Shown here: one piece after another, positions 1-15,000 of the stretch
Numbering within the stretch: the stretch's first letter is position 1
Layout: each line of letters starts with the position of its first letter
Source: Lepidodermella squamata
Lineage: Eukaryota; Animalia; Gastrotricha
Direction of reading: 5' to 3'
Assembly: GCA_047495785.1 (NCBI GenBank)
Contig: JBLDXI010000050.1
Coordinates: 455,908 to 519,907, forward strand
DNA length: 64,000 bases
Notes under the pieces: generated by a model
The model's database searches: none
Told to the model about the DNA's origin: nothing
The model's input: only the letters and a program-made list of their open reading frames with translations
Program-made: the position numbers and the translations under genes

Positions 1-3000
1 ATAATGCCTGGCAGACAAAAGGCGCCGTGTCCGATCATTGTGGTAGCTGTCACAGAAATGTCAGAAAATTCATTTCTCGGGTGCGAAACGATAATGCATG
101 GCAGACAGAACGCGTCGTGTCAGTTCATTGTGGTAGCTGTCACAGAAATGTCAGAAAATTCATTGCTCGGGTGCGAAACGATAATGCCTGGCAGACAAAA
201 CGCGCCGTGTCAGCTCATTGTGGTAGCTCTCACAGAAATCTCAGGAAATTCATTGCTGGGTTGCGAAACGATAATGCCTCGCCGACAGAACGCGTTGTGC
301 CTGCTCATTGTGGTAGCTGTCACAGCAATGTCAGAAAATTCATTGCTCGGGTGCGAAACGATAATGCCTCGCCGACAGAACGCGTTGTCCCTGCTCATTG
401 TTGTAGATGTCACAGAAATGTCAGAAAATTCATTTCTCGGGTGCGAAACGATAATGCCTGGCAGACAAAACGCGCCGTGTCCGATCATTGTGGTAGCTCT
501 CACGAAATTTCAGAAAATTCATTGCCCTTGAGTGAATGGAGAATGCCTCGCCGACAGAACGCGTCGTGTCTGTTCATTGTGGTAGATGTCACAGAAATGT
601 CAGAAAATTCATTTCTCGGGTGCGAAACAATAATGCATGGCAGACGGAACGCGTCGTGTCCCATCATTGTGGTAGCTCTCACAGAAATTTCAGAAAATGC
701 ATTGCCCTTGAGTGAATGGAGAATGCCTCGCCGACAGAACGCGTCGTATCTGTTCATTGTGGTAGCCATCACAGAAATGTCAGGAAATTCATTGCTCGGG
801 TGCGAAACGATAATGCCTGGCAGACAAAAGGCGCCGTGTCCGATCATTGTGGTAGCTGTCACAGAAATGTCAGAAAATTCATTTCTCGGGTGCGAAACGA
901 TAATGCATGGCAGACGGAACGCTTCGTGTCAGTTCATTGTGGTAGCCATCACAGAAATGTCAGAAAATTCATTTCTCGGGTGCGAAACGATAATGCATGG
1001 CAGACGGAACGCTTCGTGTCAGTTCATTGTGGTAGCCATCACAGGAATTTCAGGAAATTCATTTCTCGGGTGCGAAACGATAATGCATGGCAGACAGAAC
1101 GCGTCGTGTCAGTTCATTGTGGTAGCTCTCACAGAAATTTCAGGAAATTCATTGCTCGGGTGCGAAACGATAATGCCTGGCAGACAAAACGCGCCGTGTC
1201 CGATCATTGTGGTAGCTCTCACAGAAATTTCAGAAAATTCATTGCCCTTGAGTGAATGGAGAATGCCTCGCCGACAGAACGCGTTGTGCCTGCTCATTGT
1301 GGTAGCTGTCACAGAAATGTCAGAAAATTCATTTCTCGGGTGCGAAACGATAATGCATGGCAGACGGATCGCTTCGTGTCAGTTCATTGTGGTAGCCATC
1401 ACAGGAATTTCAGGAAATTCATTGCTCGGGTGCGAAACGATAATGCCTCGCCGACAGAACGCGTTGTCCCTGCTCATTGTTGTAGATGTCACAGAAATGT
1501 CAGAAAATTCATTTCTCGGGTGCGAAACGATAATGCCTGGCAGACAAAACGCGCCGTGTCCGATCATTGTGGTAGCTCTCACGAAATTTCAGAAAATTCA
1601 TTGCCCTTGAGTGAATGGAGAATGCCTCGCCGACAGAACGCGTCGTGTCTGTTCATTGTGGTAGATGTCACAGAAATGTCAGAAAATTCATTTCTCGGGT
1701 GCGAAACAATAATGCATGGCAGACGGAACGCGTCGTGTCAGTTCATTGTGGTAGCCATCACAGAAATGTCAGGAAATTCATTGCTCGGGTGCGAAACGAT
1801 AATGCCTGGCAGACAAAAGGCGCCGTGTCCGATCATTGTTGTAGCTGTCACAGAAATGTCAGAAAATTCATTTCTCGGGTGCGAAACGATAATGCATGGC
1901 AGACGGAACGCTTCGTGTCAGTTCATTGTGGTAGCCATCACAGGAATTTCAGGAAATTCATTTCTCGGGTGCGAAACGATAATGCATGGCAGACAGAACG
2001 CGTCGTGTCAGTTCATTGTGGTAGCTCTCACAGAAATTTCAGGAAATTCATTGCTCGGGTGCGAAACGATAATGCCTGGCAGACAAAACGCGCCGTGTCC
2101 GATCATTGTGGTAGCTCTCACAGAAATTTCAGAAAATTCATTGCCCTTGAGTGAATGGAGAATGCCTCGCCGACAGAACGCGTCGTGTCTGTTCATTGTG
2201 GTAGATGTCACAGAAATTTCAGGAAATTCATTGCTCGGGTGCGAAACGATAATGCCTGGCAGACAAAAGGCGCCGTGTCCGATCATTGTGGTAGCTGTCA
2301 CAGAAATGTCAGAAAATTCATTTCTCGGGTGCGAAACGATAATGCATGGCAGACGGAACGCTTCGTGTCAGTTCATTGTGGTAGCCATCACAGGAATTTC
2401 AGGAAATTCATTGCTCGGGTGCGAAACGATAATGCCTCGCCGACAGAACGCGTTGTCCCTGCTCATTGTGGTAGCTGTCACAGAAATGTCAGAAAATTCA
2501 TTTCTCGGGTGCGAAACGATAATGCATGGCAGACGGAACGCTTCGTGTCAGTTCATTGTGGTAGCCATCACAGGAATTTCAGGAAATTCATTGCTCGGGT
2601 GCGAAACGATAATGCCTCGCCGACAGAACGCGTTGTCCCTGCTCATTGTGGTAGATGTCACAGAAATGTCAGAAAATTCATTTCTCGGGTGCGAAACGAT
2701 AATGCCTCGCCGACAGAACGCGTCGTGTCTGTTCATTGTGGTAGATGTCACAGAAATTTCAGGAAATTCATTGCTCGGGTGCGAAACGATAATGCCTGGC
2801 AGACAAAAGGCGCCGTGTCCGATCATTGTGGTAGCTGTCACAGAAATGTCAGAAAATTCATTTCTCGGGTGCGAAACGATAATGCATGGCAGACAGAACG
2901 CGTCGTGTCAGTTCATTGTGGTAGCTGTCACAGAAATGTCAGAAAATTCATTGCTCGGGTGCGAAACGATAATGCCTGGCAGACAAAACGCGCCGTGTCA

Positions 3001-6000
3001 GCTCATTGTGGTAGCTCTCACAGAAATCTAAGGAAATTCATTGCTGGGTTTTGAAACGATAATGCCTCGCCGACAGAACGCGTTGTGCCTGCTCATTGTG
3101 GTAGCTGTCACAGCAATGTCAGAAAATTCATTGCTCGGGTGCGAAACGATAATGCCTCGCCGACAGAACGCGTTGTCCCTGCTCATTGTTGTAGATGTCA
3201 CAGAAATGTCAGAAAATTCATTTCTCGGGTGCGAAACGATAATGCCTGGCAGACAAAACGCGCCGTGTCCGATCATTGTGGTAGCTCTCACGAAATTTCA
3301 GAAAATTCATTGCCCTTGAGTGAATGGAGAATGCCTCGCCGACAGAACGCGTCGTGTCTGTTCATTGTGGTAGATGTCACAGAAATGTCAGAAAATTCAT
3401 TTCTCGGGTGCGAAACAATAATGCATGGCAGACGGAACGCGTCGTGTCCCATCATTGTGGTAGCTCTCACAGAAATTTCAGAAAATGCATTGCCCTTGAG
3501 TGAATGGAGAATGCCTCGCCGACAGAACGCGTCGTATCTGTTCATTGTGGTAGCCATCACAGAAATGTCAGGAAATTCATTGCTCGGGTGCGAAACGATA
3601 ATGCCTGGCAGACAAAAGGCGCCGTGTCCGATCATTGTGGTAGCTGTCACAGAAATGTCAGAAAATTCATTTCTCGGGTGCGAAACGATAATGCATGGCA
3701 GACGGAACGCTTCGTGTCAGTTCATTGTGGTAGCCATCACAGAAATGTCAGAAAATTCATTTCTCGGGTGCGAAACGATAATGCATGGCAGACGGAACGC
3801 TTCGTGTCAGTTCATTGTGGTAGCCATCACAGGAATTTCAGGAAATTCATTTCTCGGGTGCGAAACGATAATGCATGGCAGACAGAACGCGTCGTGTCAG
3901 TTCATTGTGGTAGATGTCACAGAAATTTCAGGAAATTCATTGCTCGGGTGCGAAACGATAATGCCTGGCAGACAAAAGGCGCCGTGTCCGATCATTGTGG
4001 TAGCTGTCACAGAAATGTCAGAAAATTCATTTCTCGGGTGCGAAACGATAATGCATGGCAGACGGAACGCTTCGTGTCAGTTCATTGTGGTAGCCATCTC
4101 AGGAATTTCAGGAAATTCATTGCTCGGGTGCGAAACGATAATGCCTCGCCGACAGAACGCGTTGTCCCTGCTCATTGTGGTAGCTGTCACAGAAATGTCA
4201 GAAAATTCATTTCTCGGGTGCGAAACGATAATGCATGGCAGACGGAACGCTTCGTGTCAGTTCATTGTGGTAGCCATCACAGAAATGTCAGGAAATTCAT
4301 TGCTCGGGTGCGAAACGATAATGCCTCGCCGACAGAACGCGTTGTCCCTGCTCATTGTGGTAGATGTCACAGAAATGTCAGAAAATTCATTTCTCGGGTG
4401 CGAAACGATAATGCCTGGCAGACGGAACGCTTCGTGTCAGTTCATTGTGGTAGCCATCACAGGAATTTCAGGAAATTCATTGCTCGGGTGCGAAACGATA
4501 ATGCCTCGCCGACAGAACGCGTTGTCCCTGCTCATTGTGGTAGATGTCACAGAAATGTCAGAAAATTCATTTCTCGGGTGCGAAACGATAATGCCTCGCC
4601 GACAGAACGCGTCGTGTCTGTTCATTGTGGTAGATGTCACAGAAATTTCAGGAAATTCATTGCTCGGGTGCGAAACGATAATGCCTGGCAGACAAAAGGC
4701 GCCGTGTCCGATCATTGTGGTAGCTGTCACAGAAATGTCAGAAAATTCATTTCTCGGGTGCGAAACGATAATGCATGGCAGACAGAACGCGTCGTGTCAG
4801 TTCATTGTGGTAGCTGTCACAGAAATGTCAGAAAATTCATTGCTCGGGTGCGAAACGATAATGCCTGGCAGACAAAACGCGCCGTGTCAGCTCATTGTGG
4901 TAGCTCTCACAGAAATCTAAGGAAATTCATTGCTGGGTTTTGAAACGATAATGCCTCGCCGACAGAACGCGTTGTGCCTGCTCATTGTGGTAGCTGTCAC
5001 AGCAATGTCAGAAAATTCATTGCTCGGGTGCGAAACGATAATGCCTCGCCGACAGAACGCGTTGTCCCTGCTCATTGTGGTAGATGTCACAGAAATGTCA
5101 GAAAATTCATTTCTCGGGTGCGAAACAATAATGCATGGCAGACGGAACGCGTCGTGTCCCATCATTGTGGTAGCTCTCACAGAAATTTCAGAAAATGCAT
5201 TGCCCTTGAGTGAATGGAGAATGCCTCGCCGACAGAACGCGTCGTATCTGTTCATTGTGGTAGCCATCACAGAAATGTCAGGAAATTCATTGCTCGGGTG
5301 CGAAACGATAATGCCTGGCAGACAAAAGGCGCCGTGTCCGATCATTGTGGTAGCTGTCACAGAAATGTCAGAAAATTCATTTCTCGGGTGCGAAACGATA
5401 ATGCATGGCAGACGGAACGCTTCGTGTCAGTTCATTGTGGTAGCCATCACAGAAATGTCAGAAAATTCATTTCTCGGGTGCGAAACGATAATGCATGGCA
5501 GACGGAACGCTTCGTGTCAGTTCATTGTGGTAGCCATCACAGGAATTTCAGGAAATTCATTTCTCGGGTGCGAAACGATAATGCATGGCAGACAAAACGC
5601 GCCGTGTCCGATCATTGTGGTAGCTCTCACAGAAATTTCAGAAAATTCATTGCCCTTGAGTGAATGGAGAATGCCTCGCCGACAGAACGCGTCGTGTCTG
5701 TTCATTGTGGTAGCCATCACAGAAATGTCAGGAAATTCATTGCTCGGGTGCGAAACGATAATGCCTGGCAGACAAAAGGCGCCGTGTCCGATCATTGTGG
5801 TAGCTGTCACAGAAATGTCAGAAAATTCATTTCTCGGGTGCGAAACGATAATGCATGGCAGACGGAACGCTTCGTGTCAGTTCATTGTGGTAGCCATCAC
5901 AGAAATGTCAGAAAATTCATTTCTCGGGTGCGAAACGATAATGCATGGCAGACGGAACGCTTCGTGTCAGTTCATTGTGGTAGCTCTCACAGAAATTTCA

Positions 6001-9000
6001 GGAAATTCATTGCTCGGGTGCGAAACGATAATGCCTGGCAGACAAAACGCGCCGTGTCCGATCATTGTGGTAGCTCTCACAGAAATTTCAGAAAATTCAT
6101 TGCCCTTGAGTGAATGGAGAATGCCTCGCCGACAGAACGCGTCGTGTCTGTTCATTGTGGTAGATGTCACAGAAATTTCAGGAAATTCATTGCTCGGGTG
6201 CGAAACGATAATGCCTGGCAGACAAAAGGCGCCGTGTCCGATCATTGTGGTAGCTGTCACAGAAATGTCAGAAAATTCATTTCTCGGGTGCGAAACGATA
6301 ATGCATGGCAGACGGAACGCTTCGTGTCAGTTCATTGTGGTAGCCATCTCAGGAATTTCAGGAAATTCATTGCTCGGGTGCGAAACGATAATGCCTCGCC
6401 GACAGAACGCGTTGTCCCTGCTCATTGTGGTAGCTGTCACAGAAATGTCAGAAAATTCATTTCTCGGGTGCGAAACGATAATGCATGGCAGACGGAACGC
6501 TTCGTGTCAGTTCATTGTGGTAGCCATCACAGAAATGTCAGGAAATTCATTGCTCGGGTGCGAAACGATAATGCCTCGCCGACAGAACGCGTTGTCCCTG
6601 CTCATTGTGGTAGATGTCACAGAAATGTCAGAAAATTCATTTCTCGGGTGCGAAACGATAATGCCTGGCAGACAAAACGCGTCGTGTCCCATCATTGTGG
6701 TAGCTCTCACAGAAATTTCAGAAAATTCATTGCCCTTGAGTGAATGGAGAATGCCTCGCCGACAGAACGCGTCGTGTCTGTTCATTGTGGTAGATGTCAC
6801 AGAAATTTCAGGAAATTCATTGCTCGGGTGCGAAACGATAATGCCTGGCAGACAAAAGGCGCCGTGTCCGATCATTGTGGTAGCTGTCACAGAAATGTCA
6901 GAAAATTCATTTCTCGGGTGCGAAACGATAATGCCTCGCCGACAGAACGCGTTGTGCCTGCTCATTGTGGTAGCTGTCACAGAAATGTCAGAAAATTCAT
7001 TGCTCGGGTGCGAAACGATAATGCCTGGCAGACAAAACGCGCCGTGTCAGCTCATTGTGGTAGCTCTCACAGAAATCTCAGGAAATTCATTGCTGGGTTG
7101 CGAAACGATAATGCCTCGCCGACAGAACGCGTTGTGCCTGCTCATTGTGGTAGCTGTCACAGCAATGTCAGAAAATTCATTTCTCGGGTGCGAAACGATA
7201 ATGCATGGCAGACAGAACGCGTCGTGTCAGTTCATTGTGGTAGCTCTCACAGAAATTTCAGGAAATTGATTGCTCGGGTGCGAAACGATAATGCCTGGCA
7301 GACAAAACGCGCCGTGTCCGATCATTGTGGTAGCTCTCACGAAATTTCAGAAAATTCATTTCTCGGGTGCGAAACGATAATGCATGGCAGACGGAACGCT
7401 TCGTGTCAGTTCATTGTGGTAGCCATCACAGAAATGTCAGGAAATTCATTGCTCGGGTGCGAAACGATAATGCCTCGCCGACAGAACGCGTTGTCCCTGC
7501 TCATTGTTGTAGATGTCACAGAAATGTCAGAAAATTCATTTCTCGGGTGCGAAACGATAATGCCTGGCAGACAAAACGCGTCGTGTCCCATCATTGTGGT
7601 AGCTCTCACAGAAATTTCAGAAAATTCATTGCCCTTGAGTGAATGGAGAATGCCTCGCCGACAGAACGCGTCGTGTCTGTTCATTGTGGTAGATGTCACA
7701 GAAATTTCAGGAAATTCATTGCTCGGGTGCGAAACGATAATGCCTGGCAGACAAAAGGCGCCGTGTCCGATCATTGTGGTAGCTGTCACAGAAATGTCAG
7801 AAAATTCATTTCTCGGGTGCGAAACGATAATGCATGGCAGACAGAACGCGTCGTGTCAGTTCATTGTGGTAGCTCTCACAGAAATTTCAGGAAATTGATT
7901 GCTCGGGTGCGAAACGATAATGCCTGGCAGACAAAACGCGCCGTGTCCGATCATTGTGGTAGCTGTCACAGAAATGTCAGAAAATTCATTTCTCGGGTGC
8001 GAAACGATAATGCCTCGCCGACAGAACGCGTTGTGCCTGCTCATTGTGGTAGCTGTCACAGAAATGTCAGAAAATTCATTGCTCGGGTGCGAAACGATAA
8101 TGCCTGGCAGACAAAACGCGCCGTGTCAGCTCATTGTGGTAGCTCTCACAGAAATCTCAGGAAATTCATTGCTGGGTTGCGAAACGATAATGCCTCGCCG
8201 ACAGAACGCGTTGTGCCTGCTCATTGTGGTAGCTGTCACAGCAATGTCAGAAAATTCATTTCTCGGGTGCGAAACGATAATGCATGGCAGACAGAACGCG
8301 TCGTGTCAGTTCATTGTGGTAGCTCTCACAGAAATTTCAGGAAATTGATTGCTCGGGTGCGAAACGATAATGCCTGGCAGACAAAACGCGCCGTGTCCGA
8401 TCATTGTGGTAGCTGTCACAGAAATGTCAGAAAATTCATTTCTCGGGTGCGAAACGATAATGCATGGCAGACAGAACGCGTCGTGTCAGTTCATTGTGGT
8501 AGCTCTCACAGAAATTTCAGGAAATTGATTGCTCGGGTGCGAAACGATAATGCCTGGCAGACAAAACGCGCCGTGTCCGATCATTGTGGTAGCTGTCACA
8601 GAAATGTCAGAAAATTCATTTCTCGGGTGCGAAACGATAATGCCTCGCCGACAGAACGCGTTGTGCCTGCTCATTGTGGTAGCTGTCACAGAAATGTCAG
8701 AAAATTCATTGCTCGGGTGCGAAACGATAATGCCTGGCAGACAAAACGCGCCGTGTCAGCTCATTGTGGTAGCTCTCACAGAAATCTCAGGAAATTCATT
8801 GCTGGGTTGCGAAACGATAATGCCTCGCCGACAGAACGCGTTGTGCCTGCTCATTGTGGTAGCTGTCACAGCAATGTCAGAAAATTCATTTCTCGGGTGC
8901 GAAACGATAATGCATGGCAGACAGAACGCGTCGTGTCAGTTCATTGTGGTAGCTCTCACAGAAATTTCAGGAAATTGATTGCTCGGGTGCGAAACGATAA

Positions 9001-12000
9001 TGCCTGGCAGACAAAAGGCGCCGTGTCCGATCATTGTGGTAGCTGTCACAGAAATGTCAGAAAATTCATTTCTCGGGTGCGAAACGATAATGCATGGCAG
9101 ACAGAACGCGTCGTGTCAGTTCATTGTGGTAGCTCTCACAGAAATTTCAGAAAATTCATTGCTCGGGTGCGAAACGATAATGCCTCGCCGACAGAACGCG
9201 TAGTCCCTGCTCATTGTTGTAGATGTCACAGAAATGTCAGAAAATTCATTTCTCGGGTGCGAAACGATAATGCCTGGCAGACAAAACGCGCCGTGTCCGA
9301 TCATTGTGGTAGCTCTCACAGAAATTTCAGAAAATTCATTGCCCTTGAGTGAATGGAGAATGCCTCGCCGACAGAACGCGTCGTGTCTGTTCATTGTGGT
9401 AGATGTCACAGAAATGTCAGAAAATTCATTTCTCGGGTGCGAAACAATAATGCATGGCAGACGGAACGCGTCGTGTCCCATCATTGTGGTAGCTCTCACA
9501 GAAATTTCAGAAAATGCATTGCCCTTGAGTGAATGGAGAATGCCTCGCCGACAGAACGCGTCGTGTCTGTTCATTGTGGTAGATGTCACAGAAATTTCAG
9601 GAAATTCATTGCTCGGGTGCGAAACGATAATGCCTGGCAGACAAAAGGCGCCGTGTCCGATCATTGTGGTAGCTGTCACAGAAATGTCAGAAAATTCATT
9701 TCTCGGGTGCGAAACGATAATGCATGGCAGACGGAACGCTTCGTGTCAGTTCATTGTGGTAGCCATCACAGAAATGTCAGGAAATTCATTGCTCGGGTGC
9801 GAAACGATAATGCCTGGCAGACAAAACGCGCCGTGTCCGATCATTGTGGTAGCTGTCACAGAAATGTCAGAAAATTCATTTCTCGGGTGCGAAACGATAA
9901 TGCCTCGCCGACAGAACGCGTTGTGCCTGCTCATTGTGGTAGCTGTCACAGAAATGTCAGAAAATTCATTGCTCGGGTGCGAAACGATAATGCCTGGCAG
10001 ACAAAACGCGCCGTGTCAGCTCATTGTGGTAGCTCTCACAGAAATCTCAGGAAATTCATTGCTGGGTTGCGAAACGATAATGCCTGGCAGACAAAAGGCG
10101 CCGTGTCCGATCATTGTGGTAGCTGTCACAGAAATGTCAGAAAATTCATTTCTCGGGTGCGAAACGATAATGCATGGCAGACAGAACGCGTCGTGTCAGT
10201 TCATTGTGGTAGCTCTCACAGAAATTTCAGGAAATTGATTGCTCGGGTGCGAAACGATAATGCCTGGCAGACAAAACGCGCCGTGTCCGATCATTGTGGT
10301 AGCTGTCACAGAAATGTCAGGAAATTCATTTCTCGGGTGCGAAACGATAATGCCTCGCCGACAGAACGCGTTGTGCCTGCTCATTGTGGTAGCTGTCACA
10401 GAAATGTCAGAAAATTCATTGCTCGGGTGCGAAACGATAATGCATGGCAGACAGAACGCGTCGTGTCAGTTCATTGTGGTAGCTCTCACAGAAATTTCAG
10501 GAAATTGATTGCTCGGGTGCGAAACGATAATGCCTGGCAGACAAAACGCGCCGTGTCCGATCATTGTGGTAGCTCTCACAGAAATTCCAGAAAATTCATT
10601 GCCCTTGAGTGAATGGAGAATGCCTCGCCGACAGAACGCGTCGTGTCTGTTCATTGTGGTAGATGTCACAGAAATTTCAGGAAAATCTTTGCTCGGGTGC
10701 GAAACGATAATGCCTCGCCGACAGAACGCGTTGTGTCTGCTCATTGTGGTAGCTGTCACAGCAATGTCAGAAAATTCATTTCTCGGGTGCGAAACGATAA
10801 TGCATGGCAGACAGAACGCGTCGTGTCAGTTCATTGTGGTAGCTCTCACAGAAATTTCAGGAAATTCATTGCTCGGGTGCGAAACGATAATGCCTGGCAG
10901 ACAAAAGGCGCCGTGTCCGATCATTGTGGTAGCTGTCACAGAAATGTCAGAAAATTCATTTCTCGGGTGCGAAACGATAATGCATGGCAGACAGAACGCG
11001 TCGTGTCAGTTCATTGTGGTAGCTCTCACAGAAATTTCAGGAAATTCATTGCTCGGGTGCGAAATAACGATAATGCCTCGCCGACAGAACGCGTTGTGTC
11101 TGCTCATTGTGGTAGCTGTCACAGAAATGTCAGAAAATTCATTTCTCGGGTGCGAAACGATAATGCATGGCAGACAGAACGCGTCGTGTCAGCTCATTGT
11201 GGTAGCTCTCACAGAAATCTCAGGAAATTCATCGCTGGGTTGCGAAACGATAATGCCTCGCCGACAGAACGCGTTGTGCCTGCTCATTGTGGTAGCTGTC
11301 ACAGAAATGTCAGAAAATTCATTTCTCGGGTGCGAAACGATAATGCATGGCAGACAGAACGCGTCGTGTCAGCTCATTGTGGTAGCTCTCACAGAAATCT
11401 CAGGAAATTCATCGCTGGGTTGCGAAACGATAATGCCTCGCCGACAGAACGCGTTGTGCCTGCTCATTGTGGTAGCTGTCACAGAAATGTCAGAAAATTC
11501 ATTTCTCGGGTGCGAAACGATAATGCATGGCAGACAGAACGCGTCGTGTCAGTTCATTGTGGTAGCTCTCACAGAAATCTCAGGAAATTCATCGCTGGGT
11601 TGCGAAACGATAATGCCTCGCCGACAGAACGCGTTGTGCCTGCTCATTGTGGTAGCTGTCACAGAAATGTCAGAAAATTCATTTCTCGGGTGCGAAACGA
11701 AAATGCATGGCAGACAGAACGCGTCGTGTCAGTTCATTGTGGTAGCTCTCACAGAAATTTCAGAAAATTCATTGCCCTTGAGTGAATGGAGAATGCCTCG
11801 CCGACAGAACGCGTCGTGTCTGTTCATTGTGGTAGATGTCACAGAAATTTCAGGAAAATCTTTGCTCGGGTGCGAAACGATAATGCCTCGCCGATAGAAC
11901 GCGTTGTGTCTGCTCATTGTGGTAGCTGTCACAGCAATGTCAGAAAATTCATTTCTCGGGTGCGAAACGATAATGCATGGCAGACAGAACGCGTCGTGTC

Positions 12001-15000
12001 AGTTCATTGTGGTAGCTCTCACAGAAATTTCAGGAAATTGATTGCTCGGGTGCGAAACGATAATGCCTGGCAGACAAAAGGCGCCGTGTCCGATCATTGT
12101 CGTAGCTGTCACAGCAATGTCAGAAAATTCATTTCTCGGGTGCGAAACGATAATGCATGGCAGACAGAACGCGTCGTGTCAGTTCATTGTGGTAGCTCTC
12201 ACAGAAATTTCAGGAAATTGATTGCTCGGGTGCGAAACGATAATGCCTGGCAGACAAAAGGCGCCGTGTCCGATCATTGTCGTAGCTGTCACAGAAATGT
12301 CAGAAAATTCATTTCTCGGGTGCGAAACGATAATGCATGGCAGACGGAACGCGTCGTGTCAGTTCATTGTGGTAGCCATCACAGGAATTTCAGGAAATTC
12401 ATTGCTCGGGTGCGAAACGATAATGCATGGCAGACGGAACGCGTCGTGTCTGCTCATTGTCGTAGCTGTCACAGAAATGTCAGAAAATTCATTTCTCGGG
12501 TGCGAAACGATAATGCATGGCAGACAAAACGCGTCGTGTCAGTTCATTGTGGTAGCCATCACAGGAATTTCAGGAAATTCATTGCTCGGGTGCGAAATAA
12601 CGATAATGCCTCGCCGACAAAAGGCGCCGTGTCCGATCATTGTGGTAGCTGTCACAGAAATGTCAGAAAATTCATTTCTCGGGTGCGAAACGATAATGCA
12701 TGGCAGACAGAACGCGTCGTGTCAGTTCATTGTGGTAGCTCTCACAGAAATTTCAGGAAATTCATTGCTCGGGTGCGAAATAACGATAATGCCTCGCCGA
12801 CAGAACGCGTTGTGTCTGCTCATTGTGGTAGCTGTCACAGAAATGTCAGAAAATTCATTTCTCGGGTGCGAAACGATAATGCATGGCAGACAGAACGCGT
12901 CGTGTCAGCTCATTGTGGTAGCTCTCACAGAAATCTCAGGAAATTCATCGCTGGGTTGCGAAACGATAATGCCTCGCCGACAGAACGCGTTGTGCCTGCT
13001 CATTGTGGTAGCTGTCACAGAAATGTCAGAAAATTCATTTCTCGGGTGCGAAACGATAATGCATGGCAGACAGAACGCGTCGTGTCAGCTCATTGTGGTA
13101 GCTCTCACAGAAATCTCAGGAAATTCATCGCTGGGTTGCGAAACGATAATGCCTCGCCGACAGAACGCGTTGTGCCTGCTCATTGTGGTAGCTGTCACAG
13201 AAATGTCAGAAAATTCATTTCTCGGGTGCGAAACGATAATGCATGGCAGACAGAACGCGTCGTGTCAGTTCATTGTGGTAGCTCTCACAGAAATCTCAGG
13301 AAATTCATCGCTGGGTTGCGAAACGATAATGCCTCGCCGACAGAACGCGTTGTGCCTGCTCATTGTGGTAGCTGTCACAGAAATGTCAGAAAATTCATTT
13401 CTCGGGTGCGAAACGAAAATGCATGGCAGACAGAACGCGTCGTGTCAGTTCATTGTGGTAGCTCTCACAGAAATTTCAGAAAATTCATTGCCCTTGAGTG
13501 AATGGAGAATGCCTCGCCGACAGAACGCGTCGTGTCTGTTCATTGTGGTAGATGTCACAGAAATTTCAGGAAAATCTTTGCTCGGGTGCGAAACGATAAT
13601 GCCTCGCCGATAGAACGCGTTGTGTCTGCTCATTGTGGTAGCTGTCACAGCAATGTCAGAAAATTCATTTCTCGGGTGCGAAACGATAATGCATGGCAGA
13701 CAGAACGCGTCGTGTCAGTTCATTGTGGTAGCTCTCACAGAAATTTCAGGAAATTGATTGCTCGGGTGCGAAACGATAATGCCTGGCAGACAAAAGGCGC
13801 CGTGTCCGATCATTGTCGTAGCTGTCACAGAAATGTCAGAAAATTCATTTCTCGGGTGCGAAACGATAATGCATGGCAGACAAAACGCGTCGTGTCAGTT
13901 CATTGTGGTAGCCATCACAGGAATTTCAGGAAATTCATTGCTCGGGTGCGAAATAACGATAATGCCTCGCCGACAAAAGGCGCCGTGTCCGATCATTGTG
14001 GTAGCTGTCACAGAAATGTCAGAAAATTCATTTCTCGGGTGCGAAACGATAATGCATGGCAGACAGAACGCGTCGTGTCAGTTCATTGTGGTAGCTCTCA
14101 CAGAAATTTCAGGAAATTCATTGCTCGGGTGCGAAATAACGATAATGCCTCGCCGACAGAACGCGTTGTGTCTGCTCATTGTGGTAGCTGTCACAGAAAT
14201 GTCAGAAAATTCATTTCTCGGGTGCGAAACGATAATGCATGGCAGACAGAACGCGTCGTGTCAGCTCATTGTGGTAGCTCTCACAGGAATCTCAGGAAAT
14301 TCATCGCTGGGTTGCGAAACGATAATGCCTCGCCGACAGAACGCGTTGTGCCTGCTCATTGTGGTAGCTGTCACAGAAATGTCAGAAAATTCATTTCTCG
14401 GGTGCGAAACGATAATGCATGGCAGACAGAACGCGTCGTGTCAGCTCATTGTGGTAGCTCTCACAGAAATCTCAGGAAATTCATCGCTGGGTTGCGAAAC
14501 GATAATGCCTCGCCGACAGAACGCGTTGTGCCTGCTCATTGTGGTAGCTGTCACAGAAATGTCAGAAAATTCATTTCTCGGGTGCGAAACGATAATGCAT
14601 GGCAGACAGAACGCGTCGTGTCAGTTCATTGTGGTAGCTCTCACAGAAATCTCAGGAAATTCATCGCTGGGTTGCGAAACGATAATGCCTCGCCGACAGA
14701 ACGCGTTGTGCCTGCTCATTGTGGTAGCTGTCACAGAAATGTCAGAAAATTCATTTCTCGGGTGCGAAACGAAAATGCATGGCAGACAGAACGCGTCGTG
14801 TCAGTTCATTGTGGTAGCTCTCACAGAAATTTCAGAAAATTCATTGCCCTTGAGTGAATGGAGAATGCCTCGCCGACAGAACGCGTCGTGTCTGTTCATT
14901 GTGGTAGATGTCACAGAAATTTCAGGAAAATCTTTGCTCGGGTGCGAAACGATAATGCCTCGCCGACAGAACGCGTTGTGTCTGCTCATTGTGGTAGCTG

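Noticed and set aside
71-90. CENP-B box (CGGG / CGAA motifs in the monomer)
   Set aside because: Spacing and order do not fit TTCG-N4-A-N2-CGGG on either strand.
506-512. TTTCAG in many monomers as nematode-type splice or trans-splice acceptors
   Set aside because: The host taxon is unknown, and the motif is simply part of the 9-bp A/T subrepeat with no exon structure.
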